From NCBI GenBank assembly GCA_032718475.1, contig JAUCBJ010001161.1, forward strand, positions 1-64,000: DNA of 64,000 nt, given 5' to 3'. Position numbers and translations under genes: made by a program. This document shows positions 33,544-46,119 of this stretch, one piece after another (position 1 is the first letter of the stretch; each line of letters starts with the position of its first letter). Under the pieces are notes generated by a model, which saw only the letters and a list, made by a program, of their open reading frames with translations, was not told where the DNA came from and ran no database searches. The DNA is from Nemertoderma westbladi. Lineage: Eukaryota; Animalia; Xenacoelomorpha.

Positions 33544-35061
33544 TTAGTTTTTCTTGCGCGGACGGCGTTCACGCAGTTTCCCGAGGCCAGCAAGAGTCCT
33601 TTTCTCTTTGGGGCGAGCCACTTTACTAGAAAGGCTATAACTCCTGGGTAAAGGGTGCAATACAATTGCATTATAAGGTTTGGGTTTACGGTCGGTGTCT
33701 CGTCCATTTCGATATGCTTCTCCTCGAGCTGATTTTCCTCCGCTTGTCATGGGATACGTTCGTCCAAAACTCTCGCAGAGAATAGGGTTTTCTAAGCTTG
33801 ATATCTTCTTAGAGATTCGAGATTTCCCAATCGAACTGAGATAAGGCCAATTCGTTTATCGATTGGACTTACTGTTATAACTTACGTTTATCTGAACAAA
33901 CGCAGGTTTCTTTTTTGATCTTTATAGAATAGCATTTAACTCGTTTCGTACAACGCTCTCCTTCACCTTGATGAAGGGTTGTATCGCGTTAAACGGGAAC
34001 GACCATACGGTTGGATAGTGATATTAGGTGTCCGCGTCACAATCCGGCTAGGTAAGATGGGCGGCTAGCTAGAAATCACTGTCGGAGTGTTACCGATTAA
34101 TTGTTAGGGTAGCACTAGATCTTTGAACAGTGAATACAGTCCGCGAGGATCCGCGACACCACCAGGATCGCAGGTCTGAGGTCCAACTAAGGAATGAGGA
34201 GGTTTGACCGAGTATTCCGGGACTCTGATCGTAGGTTTACTCCAGGATCGTTCGAGCCGAGTGAGCATAGGTGATACGTCAAACAAGTTTCGCTCGAAAC
34301 TCCAGTAAATATAACGAGCACAACTGTGTTTAACACAACGTTTCCGTGGATGTTTATGTCTTTCCGTTTATTGGCTGGGTCTAGGGCATTTATCGTAATA
34401 ATACCAAAGACGCACGTCTTGAAGGGGAAACGCGGGTGATCGCTCTCCAGTTTTACAATATTCCTCCATCTGTTCGAAGCTATCTGGAACGACAGGTAGC
34501 AGTCGATCGGCGGTAAGATACATCATCGTAAAATAGAGCCGTTTGAGTTCCATCATAGGGTCTGGATGTATACCTTGAGGATATCGAGTTTCGAGGTTTT
34601 GTTGACTGGCAATATTGAGATAGGTCTCTCTTAGGAATTCTAGATAATCGTTGAAGTCGCGACGTTTATCAGGTTCTTCAACGTCTTCCCTCTCGAGTCT
34701 GTTTCGAATAGAGTTCTCGTGTTCTATTCTCGCTTTATCGTTTCGACTCCGCTGGGTATGATATTTAAATAAAACCATTTCCCTTTCGGTGTCTATATCG
34801 TCGGTGTCGTGTAAATCAATAGGATGACCAGTAGTCAAGAAGTCCATATACGTACCATTACGATGCGTATAGCGAGCGGTGAATTTTCCATAGTCCAATT
34901 CACGCGTAAGTTACTTCCAGGAAATCGTAGGTTCGATATAACGACCATCATCCCCCGTAGTAGTTGGGCTAGTATCACCGCGTATCAAGCTATCAACAAA
35001 CGCTTGAAAGTAGAGTATATCGCTCCCTGATACCAAGACCATCTTCTATCAACTCCGTCAT
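33544..35061 (-). pseudogene. Remnant of ORF3 in element B (exonuclease and Zn-knuckle region deleted)
   Basis: Homologous to A 8450-9800 and 5547-5700, joined near 33710; stops and frameshifts. Confidence 0.88.
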
Positions 35062-36719
35062 ATCTGCTATATATGAGTTTATTAATATTATAATGAGTTT
35101 ATATTTAGGCTAGCGAGCGTCGCTGCCTACCCCAATCAGCCCCCGGACAGTGCGAGATCCTCAGCGCCGATGTGTCGTCGCCGCTGTACTTTCGCCAACG
35201 ACGTAGCCGCACAACGACAACGACAACCGGCACAAGTCACTCGACTGTCCGTCCCAATTGCTTAGATACACCTCAGGTTCTTACTGGAGAGTTAGGGTTA
35301 CTTTCACAATTGCGACTCGCTACTGTAAACACACCTTAGTAGTAACATTCGCCTATAAACTCACAAATACCACACACACAACTTGTCACAAATTACACAC
35401 ACTCGGGTCACTTGTCCGTTAGTCAGTGCCTTCCAGAATGTCACGTTATTATCATGTATCCTTGGATACTAGCAGTGCGCTATTTATTCCCTATGCTATT
35501 CAATGGGACAAGCTTTCTATTGTTCTTTTAACTCAATTCTAATTCTAGCGTGGTTGTTGCTATGGTGACATTATGTAAAGCTAGCAGTAGAATTAGGGTA
35601 ATTCTCATGCATACAGATCTGGGATGTTATTTAATAGTAATTCTTTAATGGTCAATGTCCTGTTTTATACATGGCTTTATGAATTTTATCGGCTATTGAC
35701 TATGTTTGGGAGACTTTCGCACACTCATACGCATAATAAGATAAATCTCCGCTCCCTTGATCTATTAATTAATGGAATTTTGGGAATGTTATAAATTGCG
35801 TAAAAATGGCAATTTATTAAATTCATTAAAAGGCATGAATTTAAATTTATTCCCTGAAATTTTATTATTTGATAATTAAATTGACATATTTTGATTCTAG
35901 AACATGTCTGGGGACACGAGATCCTTAATTCTATGAAAATTGTCCTTTTAAGAATATCGGTAAATGCTACGATATCTTAATTGACTAGAATTGTTGAAGG
36001 ATCTGAATTTTACAGATTTTGATTTATTAGATTTGCAAATATTAAATAATTAATATTTGAGATGGGCACCGATTTATTCCAGAACTTGTCTGGGGACGTT
36101 AACCACTGATTCTAAAATTTGTCTTTCAAGTATATCGGTGGGTGCCGCGATATCTTAATCGACTAGAATTGCAGATGGTCAAAGGGTTTAACACATTAAT
36201 TTGCGTTGTACGCTACTGTTAAAGGGACATCACGCTACTATATGTATTATTTAATATTCGGTATGAGAGCAATATCGCACGAAGCAATGTCAGTGTGAAG
36301 AGGCAAGTCGTTTCCAAGGTCTACCCAGAGCTTGGTTTAGCCGAGACACGAGGATCTGAACTTTGCATTCCTAATACTCTGCCTACCAATAATACTTAAA
36401 TATAGTAGTGGCTTTATTGTACTTTAATAAGTACGGACATTTCATCTTACTGTAGTCACGTATTTATAATATGATACGGACAGTAAGGAAAGAGAAAAAT
36501 AATTATTTCTTGCCGTCGCATTAAATATAATATATATGTAATTAAGTAATAAACGCGAATATATATTGCACTAATCTACTAAATAATCGCTAAAATAACA
36601 TTCTACTATATAAAATTAAAGAAAACGATTATAATAAAATTACATAGTAATACATACAGAAATATAAAAATAATAAAATAATATAAAATAATAGAGTCAC
36701 ACACCCACTCCATATGTTG

Positions 36720-37407
36720 TTACGTTATGGAGTCCCTAGATGTTTGAAGGATTAGGGAGGTGGTCGTGGGAAGAGAATCTTGCCTTCCACAGTTTCCGGA
36801 GAGTCCTCCATTCCCTTCCGGTAAACACAAACGACCGACTGGGTGATTGAGTCGCTGCATCCCGAATACAATTCCAGGTTTCCTCTTCGTCCTGGAATAG
36901 TGACGATAGAAACATCGCTCAAAGTATATGACGGCGTTACAAAGCCGATTCCAGGAGCTATAGTGGTCCGTCGCTCCCTGCAGGAGAGGTAAGAGTCCCT
37001 GCGAGACGTCTGATGTTCCAGAGCTCCAATCGCTCCCTCTGATCTTCATGAAGGATCCACTCGCGGTGGGGAGGTCCAGATCCACGGCGTCGTCCCTGGC
37101 AATATGTAATACCGACAGATCTATCCCGGGTTCAAATAACTCCGATCCACCCGTCCGGGTTTTAGGTTTGACTTTCTCCGCTCCCTTGGCTTGTCTAATC
37201 TCAGCCGGAGTAAGATGGGGAGGCCATTCATCCTCCTTACTCAGGAAGTCGGGTTCACCTAGCCGGTCTGGAGTATCTGTCAGTTCTTGAGGAGTTGCTC
37301 CTCTGGAAGCGATGTCGGCTATATTCATCGTCTTGGGGCAATATCTCCATTGATCTACATTGGAGTTAAGATTGTCATTATCTGAGGAGTGTGGTGTTCC
37401 CTCAGTT
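36720..37407 (-). pseudogene. Deleted pol remnant of B (PR-RT linker joined to end of RNase H, joined to integrase C-terminal tail)
   Basis: SSDND|VDQWRYCP...ADIASRG...HYSRTK|RKPGIVF...PVGRLCL: two large deletions relative to A, both in frame. Confidence 0.88.
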
Positions 37408-37412
37408 GGGTC

Positions 37413-37946
37413 TGTTAGCTTATCCAATTCCGCTAACACAAACCCATAGAGTGAGCCATAAAGCAATATTGGGAGCACGAGGTTGATTACCAATCAACCT
37501 CGTGTCAGCCCAGTAAACGGGGACAATAGGCCCCAAAGGAGACACACACAATAGGGGTCAGGGGCCAAACCCCTAACCGAGAGAGAATACAGGGAGTGAA
37601 GGGAAACACTCCAAAGGGTGCCAACAGGGGTATCAACCAATCAGAGGGGGGAAAGGCATCGATTGAGTAGCAATAAGGCCACCGTGCAATATAACCAGTA
37701 ACCTGTAATCATTCATTCAGTTTACTCAGTCAGATCAGTAGGGTGGAACGGGGACTTCTGTCACCGTCCGCTACCGCCATTATATATTACCTGTTGTGTC
37801 ATACTATACTATACTGCTATATATCTCAGACTATTATACCTTTATGCATATTACCGAACATCAGAACTCTTTTACCTTTCACACACGGCGGGGACGCGTG
37901 GATAGAAAACCCAACGGATAAACCGGGATCCGTAGATCCCGTCACA
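37413..37946 (+). repeat. 5' LTR of element D
   Basis: TGTTAGC...CGTCACA, repeated at 47371-47904. Confidence 0.96.
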
Positions 37947-38075
37947 GTGACAGAACTAGATCCGCCCAGCTGCCCTGACAGAGATAGAATCATAGCAGCT
38001 GCCCTAACAGTCTGACAGTGATAGAACTAGATCTAACCAACTGACAGACTGTGGCTGCCAGCTACCAAAGGCGAG

Positions 38076-38576
38076 ATGAGTCGAGAGAAAGGAACGACAC
38101 CGCCGCGGACCCCGGACGACGATCTAACGATCCGCGAGGCCACGGCGAGGCGATACGAACCCACGACGCCGGTCGATGCTACGCCGACCACGTCGATGCA
38201 GGTTGACGCTACGTCGATAACGAGCAACACGGCGAACCAAAATGTGGGGGGTCGTCTACCAGGAGAGAGCGAGTCGAGTAGAGGAGACGAGTCGGGAGGA
38301 GAAGAGAAAGACGAGTCGACGCGGAGCGAGGGTCGACGTACCGATGTCGCCGGTCCGCCACAGGCCGAGGGCGACGGACGGCCCACCGGAACGGCAACGG
38401 TGGAGCCGCCGGTACGACGTCGGACCCGGAGAGACAGAGGAGAGGTCGGCGACGAGGACGTCGGGGTTTCTGATCGACTTCGACGGGCCTACAACGCGAC
38501 CCGGGAACTACTAAAGGAGGCCAGCCAAGGAGGGGGCGAAGATAGACGAGGTGAGACTGAGAAAGCGACTAGGTGA
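38076..38576 (+). CDS. Upstream ORF1 of element D
   Basis: 166 aa from ATG; overlaps the following gag ORF, which is in the +1 frame. Confidence 0.6.
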   Translation: MSREKGTTPPRTPDDDLTIREATARRYEPTTPVDATPTTSMQVDATSITSNTANQNVGGRLPGESESSRGDESGGEEKDESTRSEGRRTDVAGPPQAEGDGRPTGTATVEPPVRRRTRRDRGEVGDEDVGVSDRLRRAYNATRELLKEASQGGGEDRRGETEKATR

Positions 38577-40848
38577 GTCGAACAGATACTTTGATCACCT
38601 AGTGTGTTCTGGACAGAGAGAACTAGCAGAGTTGAGGGCGTGGGGAGTTGCCTTCGAACTGTTTAAACTATGGGAATGTGGGGGTATGGAACCTAGTGTA
38701 GTGTACATAGGGCCATACTTAGTCGATGCCCAGGATACAAAATTAGTGGGTTGGAAGAGACCTGAGGAGGGCGAATCCGAGGTTAAACCCGAGGATTCGG
38801 TCTCGTCGGTCGGAGGAAGTTCCGGGAGGCGGGGGAAAGTTAGTAGGACGGAGGGGCGGCGGGAGTCCGTCGCAACCGATAAGTCTGCTACATCCTCCGC
38901 AAAAGAAAGACGGGTGCGAGAGAGTGAACGCATGGCATATAAATTAAAAATGGAAGAATTAGAGTGGCGACTGAGGGGAAGGAAGGAGCGAGAGAGTGAG
39001 CGTGAGGCAAGAGAACAGAGCGTGCGGTACACTTACAGTACGCATAGTAGCCGTACGGGCAAGGGGGGTAGTAGTAGTGCGTTAGGAAATATTGGTATTA
39101 ATAGTACCGTAGTAAATAACCCTAATCCCTTTATTACAGGAAATATTTTACCCGGTAGTAGTAATTTAAGTTTAAATTCAAATAATAATATTAATTCAAA
39201 TATTCAGAATAATCAAAATAATTCAAATAATTCGAATAGCAATTTAAATTTTGAAAATAATAATAATTCTAACTTAAATAATTTAAATAATAATCCCGTT
39301 TCAAATTCTAATGGTTCTAATAATTTAATTAAATTAACAAATAATATTGGGAATGGTGCTATTAATGTGAACGCGTCAGACGTGTATAGCCCGGCAGACG
39401 GCGGCCTGGTAGGCCACGTAGTTAGTAGGCAGGAAGTGGCGCGGTTGAGCCAACCCGAGGTGAGCCTGGTAGGCCTCGCAGTAGTAGAGAGAGAGGCGGG
39501 GGTGAATAGACCCAGCCGTAGTAGAGACAGTGTGTCGACTAGAGAGGGGTGTAGAGACGAAGTAAGAGATATTGAAGTTAGATGTGGCGGGTGGGGGGGG
39601 GGGGCTACGGGCGCCCCACCACAGAAGATTAGTGGCGAGAGAAAGGGGGTAGAGAGTGTCCGACAAGAGGGACGCAGAAGTGTAGTAAGAGATAGTGAAG
39701 TTAGAAGTAGCGGGTGGGGGGGGGGGGGGGGGGCTACGGGCACCCCACCGCGAGGGATTAGTAGCGAGAGAGGGGGGGCAGGGAGTGTCCCACAGGCGTC
39801 AGCGGATAATGCGCGGGCCGAATCAGGTAAACCGCAACACCCGGCGACGGAGAGTAATAGGGGGATTGCGAGTATCCCCAGCGGCGTGCGATCGAGCAGA
39901 GAGAAGCAGGTTGACGTCGCGAGAGGGCAGACGAAGCGTCGAGCCCGACCAGAAGAGGGAAGAAGAACAGTGGAGTTTAACCGGGGGGTCGACGAGAGAC
40001 CTCACGAGCCGGAATACTACACAGAAAAGAGAAGAAGAGAAGATAGTAGAAGAAGTGTCGCCACGAACGATAGGAGTGTGAGGACGGATAGCGGACCGTC
40101 GATAGTAGAGATGGAGTTAGGGAGTCAGTGGGGTCGAACTTCGGGAGATTGCCGTCGCCCCGGAGAAACGCACCGCACACTAAGAGAGGGGTACAGGACA
40201 TACCAATATAAAGCTGAGAGCAGGATAGGGGATCGAAGGGAAACTTCCCGACGTGATATAGCTGCCGATCGAGAGTACGGTAGTCGCGGGGAGATTCGAG
40301 ATTCGCGAAGAATAAACTTCGGTTCGGAAGGGCACATGCAGACTGCAGGACATACTGTAGGCCTTACTGCACATACTATTATAGGCCATGCTGGGAGAGA
40401 TAGAGTAGGCGATAGGGTAGCGCGAACGACGGGATTAAACCCGGAAGTCGCGGAGTACATACCGGTAGGTAGGCGAGAGGTAGGTAGGCCTATATCGGTA
40501 CAGCAGCATGACTATAATACACAGGGACATAACATATATCCAGGGGAGGGGAGAGTTATTGGAGATAGATGTATGGGCCCCAATATATTAACATCAACCC
40601 CAGTACCAAACATACCGGTGGGAGGGGGACAGGGTGACATTCCCCCATCACAATATCAACAATATACCCCAATAGGAGCGAGAACATCGAACCCCTTGGA
40701 CGAGAACATATCATGCGACACGGAAATATGGAGGGGGCCGTTACCCCCAATGATATATCCGACGCAACAAATAAAATCAACAGATAGGACGGACGGACCG
40801 TACCCAACAGGAGAAACTATACAACATCCATCGAACCCATTAGAAGCG
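38551..40848 (+). CDS. Gag N-terminal region of D (disordered, Asn-rich), interrupted by element E
   Basis: Removing 40849-43703 gives the in-frame join ...NPLEA-MGMATLIDAL with 43704. Confidence 0.8.
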
Positions 40849-43697
40849 CAACCCGGGTTGAGAATCGTATCATATTAGTAAAGTACTACCTAATGGCAAG
40901 GTACTGGCATGATACTTTTACTAAATTTTTACAATTACCACATTTTGCATTATTTGTTAAGGAATTAAAAAATACTTGCCAAGTACAGTATAGATTTTAA
41001 GAAATATTTGGGTGGGCACTTATCATGCAATGCACTTACCAAATTCTTAACAAATTTTGTATACCTAGAACATACTTTCGTTGACTTTATAACTTGACAA
41101 AAATTTAATAAGAACTTTAGTGGTGCTTGACACGCATTGCAATTAAAAATCAGTCACATGATCCACCGCCAATAAATGACTCATACAGTCATTTTGTCGT
41201 CAGTAGGCCTACTGCTGTACTGCAGAGTTGCGTTTATTGAGTTTTCTTTATTTACGTTTAATTGTTTAATGAGTTTTGCTTACTTTAATAAATAGTGTAT
41301 AAGGTTTTGTTACTTTAATTTATACTGGTAGCTTTATTGCTGTTTGTTTACTTCAATTCAATTGTTTATTGTATTTTGTACTCTTTAATTTTGTTATTCT
41401 TTATAGAGTTTTGTAATCTTTAATTGTTTAGTGCCTGTTGTATACTTGTTTTGTTTATTGTTTATTTGTTTTGTTTGTACTGTCTATATCGTTAATGAAA
41501 TATTTATGGTTTGCCTAATTGTCCGATTGTTGCTAATTGACAATTTAATTGAATTAATGCCTAATTGATACAATTAAAATTCAAATGTTTTGAATGTTAG
41601 TGAAATTTGATTAATAACAATTGACTTTGGAAGAATTGGAATTTAAAAAAGGCCTCATAATCCAAAGACATATATTGAACTCCGTGATGTTGTTGGGGAT
41701 CTGGCCTCTCTAGCATTTGGACCACGAAACGTGACAGTCGGAACCCATAGTCAGAGACCAGCCTGGATTAAGTGGAGAGGCAGGACTTGGTGTGATGTAT
41801 GAGTTCGGGGGCATTCAACCGGCAGACTCAGGCGTTGTTAGATATCAGGGTCGTAAACCTTGACGCCAAGCCATATGCGGGACGCCCCCCGATGAGGGTC
41901 CTAGAATCTGTGGAGGACGCTAAAACCGCACTATATGTGGAACCAGCGAGACAGAGGAGAGCGGACTTTTGCACCCTTCGTAGTCTCTTGTCTCTCCGTA
42001 GAATGGAGTTCTGGCACCGCATGCCAACAAGCTCCCGAGTATCTTCGCTGATAGGTTACACCACAACTGGGACAGACCTTATAGCACCGTCATGGAGTGG
42101 GTTCGCCGCCGTGTGCAGTTCGCCATAGTTCGAGGGGCTTCTCATTGCATCAGGGAGTCGAGGCTAAAGTGGCACAGTGGTCTGGGTACGGAGGATGGAG
42201 CTGGATTGCCGATCACTCCACTCGTCTGACGCTGTAAACTGAATCTGTAAACTATGTAATGTGTTGTGCTTTCTCTTATTTGTATCTGTGTTATCTATTT
42301 GGCATTATAGTTACTGTAGGTTCTTGTAAAACTCTCAGAGTATAATATTAATTGTAATTTTGCTTTATATTATATTATTGTTAAAGCCGTTTCATTGTAC
42401 TAAACGGGGGTCTGGGGTTTGGGAGCGGCAGCTCCAAATAAAAAATAACAAAATGAAGATAAAAAAGTAGGCCTACTTTAAAAATATTTTCCCTGATTTT
42501 TTATTCTGTTTTTTCCAGACATTTTCCCAAGGAAACCGTCTTTTCTCACAGACACCGGGTAGTACCGGTAACGAAATTGTAAAAAAAAATGCCCTAAAAT
42601 TCAACTGGACCACCACAATGAACCGCTAGTTATCCTGCATCTAATCTCAATAATAACCTTATATCTATATCGTATTACAATACCAGTACTATGAATGGTA
42701 GCCGTAGCACTTCATTATTTGGAATTCCTTGTATTAATGATTTTGAACATGTCTAAAATCATTTTTAATGTTTCTGTGTATGTATTTCTAATTTTAATTT
42801 ATTCATTGAACCACTATTTTCGTTGGGAAAAGTTAACCCTAATGTTCAAAATACAATTGCTGCAATCCATATAGTTATATATATAATATGATGATGTTAT
42901 TGGTAACTTTATATGACGGGTGATAAATTTTCTATTTTATTTCGTGCTCAAATCGTAATCTACTGTAGCGCTTGATAAGATTACAAATTTGAATTAAATA
43001 GTTTTATTGCATAAACAGAAATGAGGAATACCATTTTTGAACTTTTTGGATAAATTTTTCCGACGTAACTGTGTTTTAGTGTAGACCTACAGTATTTGCG
43101 CGTTTATATCTGATGTGTATATATCTATGTAACGTACAGTAATAATATGTTTGTTTATATGTTGTTTATATTAAAAACATTGATTCTCTGTATTAATTTG
43201 TTTACATATGTCATGGGGGGGGGGGGGGGGGGGGGGGGTTGCAACAAAGAGTATCAAACCAAACACATGTGCATACATCACTCACTATGATGATGTTCCA
43301 TGTGTTGTTTCTCTTGTCTGATGGGAGGGGAGGGGGGGGGGGGGAGGGCGCAGGTCTGCGTCGCAAATTTGCGACACAGGTTCGAACTAGTGCCGGGAAT
43401 ATATAAGATACAGATATATGCTAGATTTGTAATGCGCATGTTATTAGTTCATTACACTTGCAAAGTGCTTGCATATATCATCGGTTACATATAAAGCACG
43501 TTTATATATCCTGTAATACTTGTCAGTCACATTGCAACAACTTGCTAAACATTATAAACTTGCAATGTCCTTTTTATGAAATTGGAAAATTTGTTAAGTA
43601 CTTTACTCACCCTTTGCACCAGCGTTGCTAAGCGTTCTAAGCCTTTCTAAGCAGACTTGTTTAGAACTTAGGAAATATACTAAGAATCTCAACCCGG
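40849..43697. mobile_element. Non-autonomous DNA element E with short terminal repeats
   Basis: GAAGCG duplicated at 40843-40848 and 43698-43703 (or AAGCG, 5 bp); ends CAACCCGGGTTGAGAATC and GAATCTCAACCCGG(G); AT-rich interior; its removal restores the D reading frame. Confidence 0.8.
41642..42230 (+). pseudogene. 5'-truncated CRE-like non-LTR retrotransposon (restriction-like endonuclease end) inside E
   Basis: KKGLIIQRHIELRD...ALLDIRVVNLDA...RRADF...VMEWVRRRVQFAIVRG; homologous to 57088-57700. Confidence 0.7.
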
Positions 43698-43703
43698 GAA
43701 GCG

Positions 43704-45890
43704 ATGGGAATGGCCACATTGATCGATGCGTTAAAAACTAGGATCGAGTTACCACCTGTGGAACCATTTAAATTCGATGGGAGTAGGCCGGAAGAATATC
43801 TACAGTTTCGGCGCATGTATAGTAACGAAATATTAAGTAAGAACTTGACGCAGGCGGAGTGCCTAAAATATCTGCAAGTATATACAGGAGGCCCAGCATA
43901 CGACATCGTGAGGCAATACCAGGGCATCGAGGGCGGCTTCACGACAGCATGGCGGGCGCTAGATAGGGAATACGGGCACCCGGCCAAGATCATCCGGCAA
44001 ACCCTGAGAGGCATAACATCGGGTGGCCTACAGGATAATCCCGTTAGCATAAAGACCTTTGCGAACAAGGTCGAGAAGGCGTTAATCGTGTTGAAGACGC
44101 TAGACGCACCATACGAACTCAACGCGTCTAACAACATCACCACGATAGCGCAGGCACTGCCGATCTGGTTACGAAGGAAGTGGAGGAAGATAGCCTTCTC
44201 CACACGGGAGAAGAAGGGTGCGGAACCGGGCTTAGAAGAGATGTCGAGCTTCCTCAACTATGAAGCCGAATTAATAACAGACCCAGTCTATAGCGAGGAT
44301 AGTTTGGGGACAAGCCATAAACCCGAACACGATCCTGCAGATCCATTCCCGAGAGTAGGACAATCACTACCACATGCGGCCACACAGGGGACTGCTAGTC
44401 CACAGTTAGCTGGTAGCAGGGCCACACCGTGGCAGGGACAGAAAGAAAATAACACCATAAATAAACATAATCCCAATGTACCCAGTAGGCCGAATACAGA
44501 CAACCAAAACACTAAATCGGTACATATAAACCTAGGCGCGATACGTGAGGGACTATACAGGGAACGCTATAATCCAGGATTCGAATGTCAATTACATCGG
44601 GACGGAACACATAAGACCAGGAGTTGTAAGCACTGGCAAGCGTTGCCCAAACAAGATCGTATAGCCTACACAGACGCGAACGGACTATGTCATCGATGTG
44701 TGGTAGAAGGACACAGGTCCGGAGAGTGTAGAGAAACAGCAGTTAGAGAGTCCGAGACTGGAGGCCAGGCAATGGCCACAAGCACGACAGAAGAGGAGAA
44801 GAAGAGAAAAGTACTACTCGGGGTAGTACCAGTAAAGATATCAGGAGAGGGCGGTCGATCAGTAACGACATTAATGCTGGTCGACAGCGGAGCAGCCTTC
44901 ACGCTGGTGGAGAACTGGGTGGCCGAAGAGATAGGGCTAAAGACAAGGCCGAATAGAATGGCGGTGACTACCGTCTCGAGTAAAGATGAGGTCCTGGAGA
45001 CGAGGGCGGGGCGGTGCAGGATAGCAGCGATTGCACCGGGATACGACTATGGGGCGACGATCGACCCCATCCATGTCATAGAATCGATAAACATCAACGC
45101 CAGGCGACCAACCAACATTGAGGTCGAACAATATAGATTCCTGGACGGTATCGATTTCTCAATACCAAAGGTGGACGTTAGGAAGGTGTCCATTATAGTA
45201 GGGATGGACTGCCCGACGGCCCACGAGAGAACGAAGACGGTCTTCGGCGAAGACAGGCAGCGGGATCCGACGGCGATCCTCACGCCGTTCGGGTGGATGC
45301 TTAGCGGCCCAGTTAAAACTAAGATCCCATGCAGTGTGACAGAGACATCAGGGTGCATGTTACCAGGCACCGCAGGCGCAGAGGACGAAGAGGAGAAACA
45401 GGAGATAGTAGAGCCAGATAGGGAGGTGACAGTAAGAAAGTGGGCAGAGGAGAGTAGGTTTCCCAGCAAGCATCGGTATGGAGATGGAGCGGAGCGGATG
45501 GCGAGGTGTCCGGAGGACAACACTCCGGGGGAGTGTCCAGAGGAGTGTCCGGAAGAGACGCAGGTCCGGTTTGGAGGCATACCGACAAGGGGGAAGTCGA
45601 GAAGGAAGGCAGGATGGAAAGGGGTAGGACTACTGTTGTACCTCCTGTTCTGCCTGTTCTTTCACTTTCTATTCATTCTGCCGGCGGGAGACAACAAGGA
45701 GGGAGGTGGCATTTTGATGCCAGGAGACGAGCTAGTTAAGAAGACGATGGAGAGACCCAACCTTAGGGTGGTGAAAGGGGGAGAACCAATTCCTGGTCAG
45801 GTGGAATTGGCAGAAGAGGGTGTGGCAAAGAGTAAGAGGACATATAGGAGGGCAGTGGGAGTGTGCCAACTGGAAGAAGGGGCACCTTAG
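43704..45890 (+). CDS. Gag capsid, Zn knuckles and aspartic protease of D, ending in an integrase-tail-like peptide
   Basis: FKFDGSRPEEY gag motif, CQLH/CHRCVVEGH knuckles, MLVDSGA, TPFGWMLSGP; terminal RTYRRAVGVCQLE resembles the Pao C-terminal RP..KLC.LE. Confidence 0.85.
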   Translation: MGMATLIDALKTRIELPPVEPFKFDGSRPEEYLQFRRMYSNEILSKNLTQAECLKYLQVYTGGPAYDIVRQYQGIEGGFTTAWRALDREYGHPAKIIRQTLRGITSGGLQDNPVSIKTFANKVEKALIVLKTLDAPYELNASNNITTIAQALPIWLRRKWRKIAFSTREKKGAEPGLEEMSSFLNYEAELITDPVYSEDSLGTSHKPEHDPADPFPRVGQSLPHAATQGTASPQLAGSRATPWQGQKENNTINKHNPNVPSRPNTDNQNTKSVHINLGAIREGLYRERYNPGFECQLHRDGTHKTRSCKHWQALPKQDRIAYTDANGLCHRCVVEGHRSGECRETAVRESETGGQAMATSTTEEEKKRKVLLGVVPVKISGEGGRSVTTLMLVDSGAAFTLVENWVAEEIGLKTRPNRMAVTTVSSKDEVLETRAGRCRIAAIAPGYDYGATIDPIHVIESININARRPTNIEVEQYRFLDGIDFSIPKVDVRKVSIIVGMDCPTAHERTKTVFGEDRQRDPTAILTPFGWMLSGPVKTKIPCSVTETSGCMLPGTAGAEDEEEKQEIVEPDREVTVRKWAEESRFPSKHRYGDGAERMARCPEDNTPGECPEECPEETQVRFGGIPTRGKSRRKAGWKGVGLLLYLLFCLFFHFLFILPAGDNKEGGGILMPGDELVKKTMERPNLRVVKGGEPIPGQVELAEEGVAKSKRTYRRAVGVCQLEEGAP

Positions 45891-46119
45891 AGTTTAGTCG
45901 TCCAATATTTGGACTGAGGGGGGTGGGAATGAGGGCGAGACGCCCTTCCCACAAGAAATTAATTATTTAATTAAAAATAAAAATAAATAATAATAAATAA
46001 TTAAATAATTAAAATAATAGTTAGTAGAAGTAAGAGGTAGTTCGAAGATAGGAGAGTAGAGTTAGAAGGCGGCGGGGCAAGGGAGTGTGGCATATTGTCA
46101 TGCCACGAGTAGTAGTAGT

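Noticed and set aside
36720-37493. 257-aa ORF with an apparent signal peptide
   Set aside because: The hydrophobic N-terminus is antisense D LTR sequence fused by chance to the B pol remnant
43214-43238. Long poly-G/poly-C runs (also near 606, 39716, 57880, 63088)
   Set aside because: Simple homopolymers of uncertain length with no evidence of function
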